Shown: one piece after another, positions 52,135 to 64,000 of the stretch | How the letters are laid out: each line of letters opens with the position of its first letter | Numbering within the stretch: position 1 is the first letter of the stretch | The notes under the pieces: model-generated | The model's input: only the letters and a program-made list of their open reading frames with translations | Told to the model about the DNA's origin: nothing | The model's database searches: none | Translations under genes and position numbers: made by a program | Assembly (NCBI GenBank): GCA_002269645.1 | Contig: NIVC01001881.1 | Span: forward strand, 1-64,000 | From: Macrostomum lignano | Lineage: Eukaryota | Direction: 5' to 3' | Length of the DNA stretch: 64,000 bases

Positions 52135-53578
52135 ACTTCTGAACTGAATCAGATTTTCGGAATCCGGAAGAGTACATGATTGGATATCATTGTTCTTGTA
52201 CGTTGTGCAAGGCAACATTTTATTGACCATGTTACCTATTTTATTCCAGTTTTTAAAAGTTGGAAAACCTTGAATTCTCTGTTGGTGTTACTTTTACACA
52301 AGCTAGTGTGCCATTGGTGTATGAAACTTATCATAGTAAAGTAAGTCATTTTTCGATCTATCGTTTAATCCCACGTTAGGTGGAGTATTTAGAACCTTCG
52401 ACAATATTTATCAAAAATTATTCATGATGTATTAATGATAATATTCATGGTTTTGTTTTAAGCATCTTATTGCGCAATGCGCATGCGAACAAATAGAATC
52501 TAGAATCCCGTAGCCATCAATTATCTTTATTTATGCTTATTTTTTAAATTGAGTAATCTTGCAGATTGTTTTGAGCCTCGTAATCAACTTTTTTTCTGTT
52601 ATCTTAGTATTATTTACAAACATTTCACTTTAAATGAGAAGTGCAACTTAACTCATGATTAAACGTTTATTTATTAGAATAGTTTTGAAAAAAATAATTT
52701 ACACAGTTTTTTTCGTTTTTTATTAAGATTTTCACGCAAATGCTTACTGTTTTTGGTGGCTTGGTTTTCTTCCCACACATGTACTTTCCTCTTTGCGTTC
52801 ATGACGCTCGAAAACATGAAATATAACATTTTTTTCAACGATATGACTTTGACTTATTTGACAATAGCTGCAGGGCAGGCTGCGAACGCACATTCCGCTC
52901 ATCCCTGAGCGGCTGACGTGTCGCTAGGAACGTAGAGTTGGCGCCGCCCAGGGAGGTCCCCTAGGGTCCCTCCTGGGAATGTAGCGCGTGATCTAATTGA
53001 AATTTTCGGATTCGCACGTGTAATATTTTAAAATATTAGATTAAAATAGATTAGGCAAATAGATTAGGCCCTAGGCAAACCTATTATTGGAGCATGTAGA
53101 GATTTTAAAGCTAATAATCCTATTTGCCTATCGCCGATCGGCGAGTCCTAACAGAGTGATAATCCTAGTTAAGAATGACTAATTAACGAGACTTGACGCT
53201 TTAATTTAGTTAATATAAAGTTACAAAATTTTGATTCGCGATTCGCAACGCAATTAAACTCGAACAATAATAATTGAGATAAATATAACTGACGCAAATT
53301 TGGTGAGCGGATCTCAGCTCTAGACGAAGATGGAAGACAGAAAACCGAACACAGGACCACGGAGAAAGCTCCCTAACCACACTGGCCTAAACCCAGAACC
53401 TCTCAAGCGAGGACCCTGACGGATTGACAGTTCAACGGAGCTCTGGCTAAGTCCTACCAGCTCTGCCCTTCAGTGCAACACTGAGGCCCTCGGGTCGAGG
53501 CCACGCACTTTGTCAAAACCGTCAGTTCCTGTCTAACTGCGCTTTTCGACGACACTCTCTGAACAGGGTTATCGCGAG

Positions 53579-54145
53579 TGTTACGCCAACAAGGCTAGTG
53601 CGGTCGGGCAAGGGGAACAAAGCAAAGACCGGGGGTCGATTCAATTAGGCGCCTCAAAGCGCAGCAAAAGGCAGAACGGCCGGGAGATGGGACAAAACCA
53701 GAGGCCAGGAAAAACAGAAGACAGAAGTGAGATCCGGCTGCCAAACATACTTTCATTTATAGTCACATTCAAACCCTTCCAAACCCCCCTAAAGCCGGGT
53801 GATGGGTGTCTGGCCGGCCGCATCCGACTTGCATTGGACCCGCGGCGCTCTCTCAGGCCGGGTAGACTTGGTTTGCCGCGTGCCAGGGGTCCAGGCCGGT
53901 CGTGATTGGCTGGCCGCGCAAAGCTGGGGTACACTGTAAAACTGTTGACCCTAATAAGTGCACTCTTTGTTGTGTAGTCGGTTTGCAGATATGTACATCT
54001 GCTATGTACATCTGTTTTCCGATATTGATCTGTCGCAGCTAAATGAATATATAAGTATAAATATACCAGTCGGTAGGCCAACTTGGTCTGAGTTCGTGAG
54101 TACCCCTAAATTCAGTCTGACTCTCTCAACACAACACTCTTAACA
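53579..54145 (+). mobile_element. Possible solo-LTR-like fragment
   Basis: Starts TGTTACG, ends TTAACA, with an AT-rich AATATATAAGTATAAATATA block near the 3' end. The flanks do not form a TSD. Confidence 0.25.
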
Positions 54146-54364
54146 TGGAATTCGCGTCTAGCTTTCTGGCCTGTTTACACTAATAATAAACTCTAAACTG
54201 AAAAGTACTTTGAAAAAACGTGTGACTAAAATAGAGCAAAATGCAACAATTACATGTAATATTGCAATAATTAATGACAATTAAAGGTAATTTACGCAAG
54301 ATGCTCAAACTACACACGCTTCAATAATTGATGTGTGCAGTCCGAAGTATAAGTGAGTTTGGCT

Positions 54365-54740
54365 CAGTGACGTAGCCGGGGGGGGCGGGAGGACCGCGGC
54401 CCTCCCAATCGCCTGGGGGTGGGTGTTGGGCGCGGCGGGTACAAAAAAACCATGAGGCAATTGAGTGCTTGCGGCGCTAAAATGAGTGCCTGCGGCGCTA
54501 AAATGAGTGGCTGCGGCGCTAAAATGAGTGGCTGCGGCGCTAAAATGAGTGCCTGCGGCGCTAAAATGAGTGCCTGCGGCGCTAAAATGAGTGCCTGCGG
54601 CGCTAAAGTGAGTGCCTGCGGCGCTAAAATGAGTGCCTGCGGCGCTAAAGTGAGTGCCTGCGGCGCTAAAATGAGTGCCTGCGACGCTAAAATGAGTGCC
54701 TGCGGCGCTAAAGTGAGTGCCTGCGGCGCTAAAATGAGTA
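54365..54740 (+). mobile_element. Left end of a hAT-related non-autonomous element with a 21-bp tandem repeat
   Basis: CAGTGACGTAGCCGGGGGGG resembles the 13539 hAT terminus (CAATGGCGTAGCCAGGGGGG). It is followed by ~13 copies of TGAGTGCCTGCGGCGCTAAAA (54461-54738). No convincing right TIR. Confidence 0.5.
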
Positions 54741-56626
54741 GGGGTCGATGCGGCGGAGTATATGTATGCGAGAGGGATCTTCCACGAGTCTTTAAGGCCG
54801 CATGCCATTACAACTAGTGCCTCTACCTTACCTACCTTGAATACCTTAAATACTTGAATACTTAGAGTGCCTCTACCTTACCTACCTTATCTACCTTAAA
54901 TACTCTACCTTGATAACTGGTTTCGTCACCTGAGTTGCAGAAATTACAGTTCGCGTTGGGTGCTGACCTGCAAGTGCTGGTGCCTGGAGATGCAGCCGAT
55001 GCGCTTAACACATGCGCTTTCTGCAATATCTAACATGTAACGTAGTCGTATTTATGTTTCCAGTCGATACATAGATAGGGGAGGAAATGTATTGCTAATC
55101 GTATATTGTTGTAGTTCTACTATATGTGTATATACAGTTTTATTAAATAAATTTTAAATTTGAGTTTAGGGTTGTCGAGTGTGTTGAGTTCCCCGTATTC
55201 ATATATAGTCCTTCTTCCCTCTCTTATGCTTTACCGTAGCCAGACAGACTCCTACAACCGAGTTTAATACCTTTGAATATTTACTTTATAATACAATTAG
55301 CGATTTACTACAAAAATCTATAATTCTGGAAGCGGTCACATAAAATCGTCGAAAATTTCATGAATCCATCCATAAATGCATAAAATAGCTTGTAGTAGCG
55401 ATTTCTCTTTTCCCATGCGCTCAACAGACTGCAGACTCTCAAAAAATCATTACGTTTAACCGAAACATTGACTTTGAAACCACCGCTTTTTCAATTTTTT
55501 AAAATACGCTTGTTGCCACGCCTCTCGTGTCTGCGCTTACAGATCGACTGTGCTCTCGCGACCTGTCGCGCGCTCTGCTTCCTAGATGCGACTCGCTCAA
55601 AGTGCTTCTCCATCTTACACTTTCGAGGCATCTTTTGAGGCCTCGTCGACATTCCTAACGCTTTGTTTCTTCTAATTAAATCTCGGGAAAAGCTGATTTC
55701 TGGTCATTGTATGGGTCCGGGATTTTACATGGTTCATTTAGCTACAGCTATGCGTTAGCAGTGCATCATACATGTATGTACGAGTACAATTTAATGATTG
55801 TGCTGTTTAACACTAAAGATAATGTCTACACACATCGGCTTTATAGAAATTTCTTAAGTTAAAAAATGAACATCAGTAACATATGGTCGGAAATTTTCTG
55901 GAGTAATTCATCAGAAGCCGTAGTGTATTTCGATACAGTTTCGTAACATTAAAAAACCGGAATAATCGTTAGAACAAACGGTGAAGAATAGAGATACTAG
56001 AAACCTTCAGAAGCTTTTACAATAAAACAAACAATAATATTGGATATTAAAGTGAAAAAGCGGCGAAGAACAAACTTTTGTAGAAAAATATGAGAAAGAA
56101 AACAAAATTAAATAACTCCATCAGGCTACGTCAGATGGCTACTCGTAGTATTCCACGCTCAAACAAGAAACTCTTTGATGTTAGCGAAATATTATCAAAA
56201 ATATGGAATAAGATATTTATAAGAATTCCAACAAGATTAATACAGCTTTGATTATATAGATGAAAAACTCACAAACACTATATTTAACAGAAAAAATATT
56301 GCTGACAGTGAAGAATGATTATGTTTGAAAAACCTTCAAAACACTACAGTAACTATAAAAAAAACAGATGAATCGGTTGTTAAAAGCAAATTAAAAAAAT
56401 AAATATTAAAACCGATAAAACGGTAAAAAGATTACTTTTTGTTTGAACTTTCTACGTTTAAAAACGAAAAAACTTCTTAAAGAAGAAACATAATGAAGAG
56501 AACAATGATGCATGACAAGCTACTGAGGGTTAGGGAATAAGAGCGAAACAAAAAAAACATTGAAGCTGAAAACGAACCACAACCTGGCTGTTTGGCTGCT
56601 ACAGCCCAGTCAACAGGCAGCTGACA

Positions 56627-59600
56627 CTAACTTGGTGATCCATGCAACTGCGGAAAATCCATCGCCATGGCCCTAAAGCCTTGCTGCTGGTACGGTTTGT
56701 TATTCCACGGTCCGCCGCCGCCATTCCAAGCCCTAGCCGAACCGCTGCCGCGACCTGACAGTTTCGGGTCGTTGCCATCGCGCGTGTAAAAGCGCTTGTC
56801 GCCAGTCTTAGCGGGAAAGTCGGCCGGCTTGTCGACGATGCAGTGGCGGCTCCTCAGACTGGACAGCAGAGAGCTCCACATCGGATTTGCTTGCAGCAGG
56901 AACCGATTGCCTAAATAGTACAGAAGATTTGGTAGGCGTTTCCCATGAGTGACTTTCAATTGATTCTGTGTCCGTACAAATTAAGAAGATCTTTTATAGT
57001 GTTGTTGCACATACCGATAATAATGAGGCCTCTGCGAGCTCGAGTCAGCGCTACATTGATCTGGTTGGCATCGGTAATAAATCCCAGATACTTGTGCTCC
57101 CAACTTGGAATCGGGGACTTCGGAATTTCGTAGTTGGGCAGCGAGCGCACGAGGGAGAGAATGACGTAGTCGAACTCGCTACCTGTAAACATGTATTAAA
57201 AAAGTTATTTAGTTTATATTTACAAGTACATACATTAAAACTAAGACTGTCCAAAATTATCTAGGACCATTGGCCGTCATTTAGAACTCTTGCTTTCGTC
57301 ACTAAGATGAAGATGGAGAAGCTCAAAGACATTTATGACATTAAAGTCTATGCAAGTATAAAGACCATATAGCTCTTACTACGCAATATTAACGCAACTT
57401 ACGCATGGATATACGAAAAAGAACTCAATAGTTTAGTCAAACACGCCAAGGTTTCCTTAAAACTGACTAGTTCTAATCGATTAACAAGCTTTCTTAAGCC
57501 TCGACCAAACTCATTCGCACCATCGATGGGATTATACAATGATTGGTTCTGTTGGATTCGAACTCACCCTGACTTTCGTTGACTGTCTTCACCACAGGCG
57601 ATTTGATGCCCTCACCGCGAAGCTTCTCGATAATGCTGATCACTTGGTACTTGTACTGCGATAGCACGGCCACAGATTCGCTAGCCAGACGAGGACGTTC
57701 GCATCGCCTTCGAATTTCTTTGTAGATCCTCACCTAAAAGTGGTGACACCGTTTGTTAAGCTAGATTAAACGGTAAACAACTATAAGATGCCCAAGGAAT
57801 ATAACGAGCATTACCACTTCGTCAATTTCCGCTATGTTCCGACGCGAGTCCTCGGAGCCCTCTTCCGTGGACACAGTGGTCTTCTCTTCGACTCCCTCAA
57901 CGTGAAGGAACACAATGCGATCCTCTTCGCCTTTCACGTGCAGGTCTGTCGGCTGTACAACTCGGTGCGAAGAGTAGACGTGGCAGCTGCCGTCGGGTGG
58001 GTAGTCAGTCAGCCTGCGCACTCCGGGCCAGCAGCCAATGAGCACATTGGAGTTCTCCAGGCGTAGTTTACCGCTGGCGCGGCCTTCAGTGCGAAAGTTG
58101 TAGGAATCGAACACGTAGTACCTGGCTAAGTGATGAGTGTTAATGCCGTTCCATTCGCGTTTGGGTTCCTCAACGTCATCGACTTGAAGTCCAGTCCAAG
58201 ATGGCGACTGTCGCGTTTGCAGATGAGCGCTACTAGTGCGGTAGAAGTAGTCGGCAGAGAACTCGCACAGGCTCGGGTGCTGCGGGATGTTATTGAATAA
58301 TCAATGCATCATATGCTGTTGGACATACACTTTCTGTCTATGTGACAGTAACTATGAGCGCATTAACTGAAGCAAAATATAAGTATTCGAGTATCAAGAG
58401 CTATTTAAGAGAACACAGACATGCGTACGCTGAGTTGAAATCAACATATCCCAGTCACAATGCTGATGATAAACTAAATCATCAGAATGAATTATGCAGT
58501 GTGTTTGTACTGATTTTTCTGCTATTTAACAAAATTTACGCTTACCATTCGGTACTGATAGCTCAGCATAATCGCCCGATGGCTGTGCCGCTCGAAAAGC
58601 GACACGCCCAAGCCGAGCTGTTCAGCAGTTCTGTTCTGAATGATTGGTCTCAGCTGCTTGTGATCTCCGATCAGCACCAGGCGTTCGGCAGAGTGCGAAG
58701 CTCGTTTTGCAATGCCACTGGCACCGGCTGCAGTACTGCTGAAAGAACAGTCTACCAGAGGCACGAGGGTTTCCGGCTCGGTGCACATGCCCGCCTCATC
58801 AATGATGATTTGGCTGAATTTGCAAGCTGACTGCAGTACTGAACTGCAGCTCACAGATGTGGTGCACAGGATCACTTCGAACTGCTGCAGCACGCGTTGC
58901 TTAGCCGCAGATAAAACGTTCCTATACGCTGTTATTAGCGAACCAATTGGCAGGTCAGTGTAGTTCATCACTTTCTGTTCTAGGCGGCGCTTCTTGCTCG
59001 GCAGTTCAAAAACTAGCCGCTCCAAGTAGGAGTGAAAGCTCGAGTTGGACTTAGCTGTTAGGATCAATGAGCGAACCCAGGCCCTCTGGGTGTGCTGATT
59101 CTCAGCTAAAAAACGTTTGAAAAGCTCGTCAAAGCCTAGTAAAATAATCCACGAGATCGGATTGCGCTGCTGTTGCCGGATCAGCTCGTGCAGAGCGATT
59201 TCCTGCAAAAACGTTTCGAATCGCGTTGAATATGGTTTTTATTCTACTTAGGTCTTAATCGCTTAAGTTGAAAGATCAGTTTTTGTTCTTCTGCGTGTTT
59301 GCATTTGTGTGCCGATGTCTGACTGCGATACAATCGGAACTGCTGTACACCCCGAGTGAGCGTGTGACTGCGTACGTATCTGTGTGCGGGTGCGAGCTCA
59401 GGGGTCATCAAACTGTGCATAACGGCTTTCCACCATCCAAGCTCAGTGCCCTTCAACAACTGTCTCCCTAACCGCCAAACTGCATGTACCCGCATCATTC
59501 TCACCCGCATCATAGGATCGATGTCTCCGTCACCGAATTCTGAATTGTTCTTCCTGTTGAGTCCGTCTCCAGGCACAGGGTACTTCTTCTGCTCTAGTTG

Positions 59601-62578
59601 ATCGCTGTACACGCGCACAATGGCCGGACACTTGGTATCAAGCTTTTTCTTCAAATACTCGGCTACAACGTCTACAGACCGGTTCGACGGGCCGCAGTAC
59701 AACACCTGACGACGGGTCTGCAGCTCTTTGTCGTCGGTCTTCATTTGCTTATTGTAGCGCTTCGGTCGCAGTGGCGTCGAAGAAGACTTTTGAAAGAGCG
59801 CTGCGAATGAATCGCTACTCTGGGTCGAGCGTCTGGAGACGCGACCTCGCGTGCCAACGTGGTTCCATTCGGCGGCGTCTTCGAGGCTGAGCCGCAGAGC
59901 TTCGGCCAGGCCTTCCCACTCGCCGTCATCGCCACCCTCGGCTGACCCGTTTGACCCATCCGGATCCCCTTCTTTTCTGAACTCGGAATAGTTGATGGAC
60001 ACGGCCTCGGCGCTGGAGTCTTCAATAACGTTGCCGTTTAAGTCGTCATCGTCATCCTGGTTGTCGGATTGGTCAGCGTCTAGCAGGCCTTCGTCGAAGC
60101 AGCGATTGACAAAGACGTACCAGTAAGTGAGCATCACCCCGGTGGATGTCTTTCCGGTGCCTGTATTAAATAGAAAGAAAATATTTTAATTATTACTATT
60201 GTCAAGTAAGGATTGCAATATCTGTTAGCGAACCCATAACCACCAATATTAGAAAATTAGTGAGCGATTTATTGGTTGTAAAATACGACACAATGACCAT
60301 AAAGACACGCCGAAAACTGCAACACCAGTAGATTTACACTTGACTTAATAACAGAACAATATATTTTCTGATTCGGTCAGGGAAGATAAAATCAGGCCCA
60401 TTTAGACCTGATAAATGTAATGACATTGAATATTTCACTGACCAAACCCAAAGTAAAAATCTTGGGGCAATGCGAGGGAAAGAATTCAGAATCATTTATT
60501 ATGACCAAAAATTGCAGTTTGAATGGGTGGAAAAAATCTCAAACTAGGTTGCGCCTTACCCCTGAACTCTAAAAACGACGAGTCGATTCTCCCTGACTCA
60601 GTTGTCGCACTAAAGGCAAAAATGTATACAGTTTTGATTTTTGATAAATTCAATAGGCTTTTTACGCAACTCGTACATTCGGCATACACAACGATTCCAT
60701 CGAAAGTCACAACGATTTCATTGATATACGAGTACACAAGAGGCTTATCCACTCTTTTTCAAAGACAGATTTATCGTTTTTGTCTTTCTTTATAATACAG
60801 GAATTTTACAAGCAAATCCTTGAAACTAGCGTCTTTACCTTCTTACTGACTTTTGATTGCCTCAGGCTCTAAATTATTCAGTCATAAATTAATTAGACTG
60901 AAGATTACTAGAAAACTTGAAAAGCCCGAATCCCGTGCGCGTGCATAGAGAACAATAGAGAAAAGGGTGGCGCAATTACGAGTTATTACATACTTGTTCG
61001 CATCTGGGCATTCCAAATACGACTGACTAGGAATGACTTTGATCTCGTTCCTTACTGCTCTCTCATTGGCTGAGCTGGATTGGGCCTGCCCCCTAGGCTG
61101 AGTTTCGTCCGTCTAAACTCTGGCTTCTCTCCTTACTACTCTCTCATTGGCTGGGCTAGATTCTCTAGGCTGAGTTTCGTCCGTCTTGCGTTGACTTTTG
61201 TGCAGAGTTAATTGATTGTTGTTCATTCTTAAAGCCATATGCTCGTAGGCCATAAACCCCGAAAAAGAAATTTTAACTGGCACAATAAATTTAAGTTACA
61301 TTGCGCAGAAAAACTACTGAAAAAATAGTTACGTGCACTAATTTTTTACAACTTTAACAGCGACTTAAATATCCATAGTTACTCAAAATGTTTAGGTCAC
61401 CAGCGATAAATAGCTGAATCAGCCACACACTCGTAATTGAAAAATCAGCTTTAAAAAGTTGTCGAAAGTCCGTTTACCTGGCGGGCCCCAGATGAGCGTC
61501 AAGTCGTACTTCATCGCATCGGTGATTGCATCGGTCTGCGCCTGATTGCACGGAATTCTCTTTCGCATAATGTAAGTGCGACCAGTGTGCTCGTTAAACC
61601 GCTCCTCAGAGCCAGTCTCAATCGAGTAGCTCTTGACACCTTTCTGGTGCAGCTTCTCACCGTAGCTTGCGTCTGAAGTAAAAAAATAATAAATAATTAC
61701 CGCGGCAACTATAGTAGCACTGAAAATAGGAAGAGTTCCGAAGTCTCAGGTTCCGAAGAAAAACTTAAACCATAACACAGCACGCCTGTGATGAAAATGT
61801 TGCAGATGCTGAAATGAATTATTGTGCTTCGAGCCTACACCAAAAAGGGATGAGTGGTAAGCTCGCTATTTATAAAAACAGCTTTTTAAGTCTCTCTTCA
61901 AAATATAAGTTTTCGGGTTAACAAATTGGATATAAGATAAGAACAAAAGAAAATATTGTTTAGTCAAGTTCATAGCGATTAGTATGTTTGTTGTGACAGT
62001 GCAACCTGATTTAGTTGCATGACTCATTGAATTGTTTGCTTTGACATCTATTGATAAGTGACAAGCTGTTGAAACCCGCGGATTTTGAACCCGGGGAATT
62101 CCAATCCCCGGAACTATTTTTGCATGTATTCTGAAATCTAAGGCCATACAAACAAAAACTTGTTATTAGTTAGCAGGATAGAGGTAGACATAAAATAGAG
62201 CACATTCGTGTAAAAATAGGATTTGAGGCAAACATTGATATTGTTGGCTGGGGTACTGCGCAGAATGTCAGGCAATGTCTGTCTGACTCTAAAACATGTA
62301 TTGGCAAACTCTGGCCTCTGCCTCTGACTCTCCCTACGTCCCTTGGATCCTTTGAAACTTTTATCTTCTCTTCTGTTTCCTCTCTTCTCTCTCGTCCCTC
62401 GTCTCTCCTCTCTTCTCTCTCTCCTCTCATCTCTTCTCTTTTTTCTCTCTCCTCTCCTCTCTGCTCTCTATATTCTCTTTTTTCTCTCACCTATTCTCAT
62501 TCCTCGCTCTCCTCTCTTCTCAACTCTCTTCTCTACTCTCTCATCTCTCCTCTACTCTATCACCTCTCCTTTCTACTC

Positions 62579-62638
<60 letters not shown>

Positions 62639-62753
62639 ATCTCTTAACTCACCTCTCTTCTCTCTAGTCTTTAATCTCTTTTCTCTCTTTTCTCTCTTTC
62701 TCTTTTATCTTGTCTCTCTTATCTTTTCTCATTTCTCTCTTCTCTCTCTCTCT

Positions 62754-62829
<76 letters not shown>

Positions 62830-64000
62830 CTCTCCTCTCCCATCTCTCTTCTCCTCTCTACTCTCTCCCCTCTCCATTCTCCTCTTTCCTCTCCTCTCTC
62901 CTCACTCACTTCTCTCTTCCTTTGTCTCTCCTCTCTCCTCTCGTCTCTGTAATCTCCTCTCTTCTCTCTTATCTCGTCTCTGTTCTCTCTACTCTCCCAT
63001 CTCTCGTCTGTTCACTCTCGTCTCTGCTCTCTCACTCCCTCTTTCATCTGTCATCTTTACTGTCTTATATGTTCTCTGACCTCTCTTCTCTGCACTCTTA
63101 TCTTTCCCCTCTTTTGACTCCTCACTTTCCTTTCTCCCTTCTTCTCCTATCTTACCTCTTCTATACTCTCTCCCTCTCTTGTCTCCTCTTTTCTCTCTCC
63201 ACTCTCGTCTCTCCTCCATTATCTCTCATCTCTCATTTCCCATTCCTCCTTACACCTCTCTCATCTCTACAATCTTAGAGATGTATCTTTATTTCTTCTC
63301 TCTTCCCTTTACTCTCATCTCTCCTTTCACCTCTTTCCTCTCTGCTGTCTCCTCTCTCCTCTCATCTGCAGCTCTCTGCTCTCTCATCTCTACTCTCTTC
63401 TCTCTCCTCTCTACTCGCTCCTTTCTACTCTCCCCTCTCATCTCGCTTTTCCTCTCTCCCCCCTTCTCCCCCCTCTCTCTCTCGTCCTCACCCCCTCATC
63501 TCTCCTATTATCTTCTTATCTTTTCTTTTATCCCCTCTCTCGCTTCTTCAACTGAATTTCATTTCAAGTGTCTTCAACTGAACTGAATTTCATCAATTAA
63601 CTAAAAACACGACAGTATTGTAATCTGTTTACAATTTTGGTAAGAACGCACCCGAGATTCGAGCTTCTCTCGAGCCTAACAGGGCGATCTTGTGCGCCAA
63701 CGATGTGCTGGACATCGCCGGAAGGCGCCACAGCGCCAACTCCTGGCGTCGGATTGGCAGAAACTTCTGCATCACCTCCACGGTGGCTGTGGACACGCTG
63801 GACCAATCGAATCGCTGGCACAAGTCGTGCTGCTGCAGTGAAAACACGACAATCTGGCAGTCGTAGGAAAAGTCTTCGTCTCTTTTAAAGTTACAATTAC
63901 GGCACCGACCGTGCACAGTTCGGTAAGCTAGCAGGATGCCACCGTGAGCAACTGCCGTGAAGTAGTCCTGGGAACTAGCAGCTTTGGAGCTGTCGCCGGG
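56627..64000 (-). CDS. HELZ2-like RNB/UPF1-like helicase, paralog B (3' part; continues beyond the window)
   Basis: Exons (minus strand) >64000-63652, 61672-61478, 60160-59505, 59202-58546, 58279-57815, 57733-57568, 57182-57015 and 56910-56627. Intron positions and phases match paralog A; three exons have identical lengths (195, 166, 168 nt). All helicase motifs are intact. Confidence 0.9.
61073..61190 (+). repeat. Small dispersed repeat shared with 43372-43440
   Basis: ATTGGCTGAG(C/T)TGGATTG(G/A)GCCTGCCCCCTAGGC..TTTCGTCCGTCT occurs in introns of both paralogs, and twice locally at 61073-61190. Confidence 0.6.
62350..63545. repeat. CT-rich low-complexity tract with (CT)n in an intron of paralog B
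   Basis: Degenerate CTCT repeats. Accounts for the S/L-rich and R/E-rich ORFs at 62170-63586. Confidence 0.95.

Noticed and set aside
51445-52230. Poly-Leu, poly-Ala and poly-Ser ORFs overlapping the helicase tail
   Set aside because: Alternative-frame readings of the CAG-rich repeat. Only the Q frame is continuous with the spliced helicase.
54305-54817. ORFs (AAGTHFS)n and (ACGAKMS)n
   Set aside because: Translations of the 21-bp tandem repeat.
56120-56135. GGCTACGTCAG as right TIR for the hAT-like end at 54365
   Set aside because: The terminal bases do not match CAG/CTG and there is no 8-bp TSD.

Overview
Intron-rich eukaryotic (invertebrate animal) genomic DNA with GC-rich exons and many tandem repeats. 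The style resembles a flatworm such as Macrostomum, but that is inference only. Confident content: (1) the 3' end of a WSC-domain gene with two single-base deletions; (2) a complete 4-exon SIN1/MAPKAP1 (mTORC2 subunit) gene on the minus strand; (3) a full-length hAT transposon (13539-17572, 8-bp TSD ATTAAATA) whose catalytic Glu is replaced by Lys; (4) an internally deleted Tc1/IS630-like element; (5) a 10.6-kb EnSpm/CACTA-like element (28322-38945, 31-bp TIRs, AA TSD) carrying an intact 5-exon DUF4806-like gene and satellite arrays but no transposase; (6) two convergent, inverted paralogs of a HELZ2-like RNB exoribonuclease + UPF1-like SF1 helicase. The most interesting candidate is the N-terminus of the plus-strand paralog. 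It appears to be a catalytically degenerate OTU-like domain whose two halves lie in phase-compatible exons on either side of the 10.6-kb transposon. That would give a pseudo-OTU / 2x cold-shock-like OB / RNB / SF1 helicase / Q-W-repeat protein, next to a paralog with patchy, gene-conversion-like identity. All domain calls were made by eye from motifs; no searches were run.
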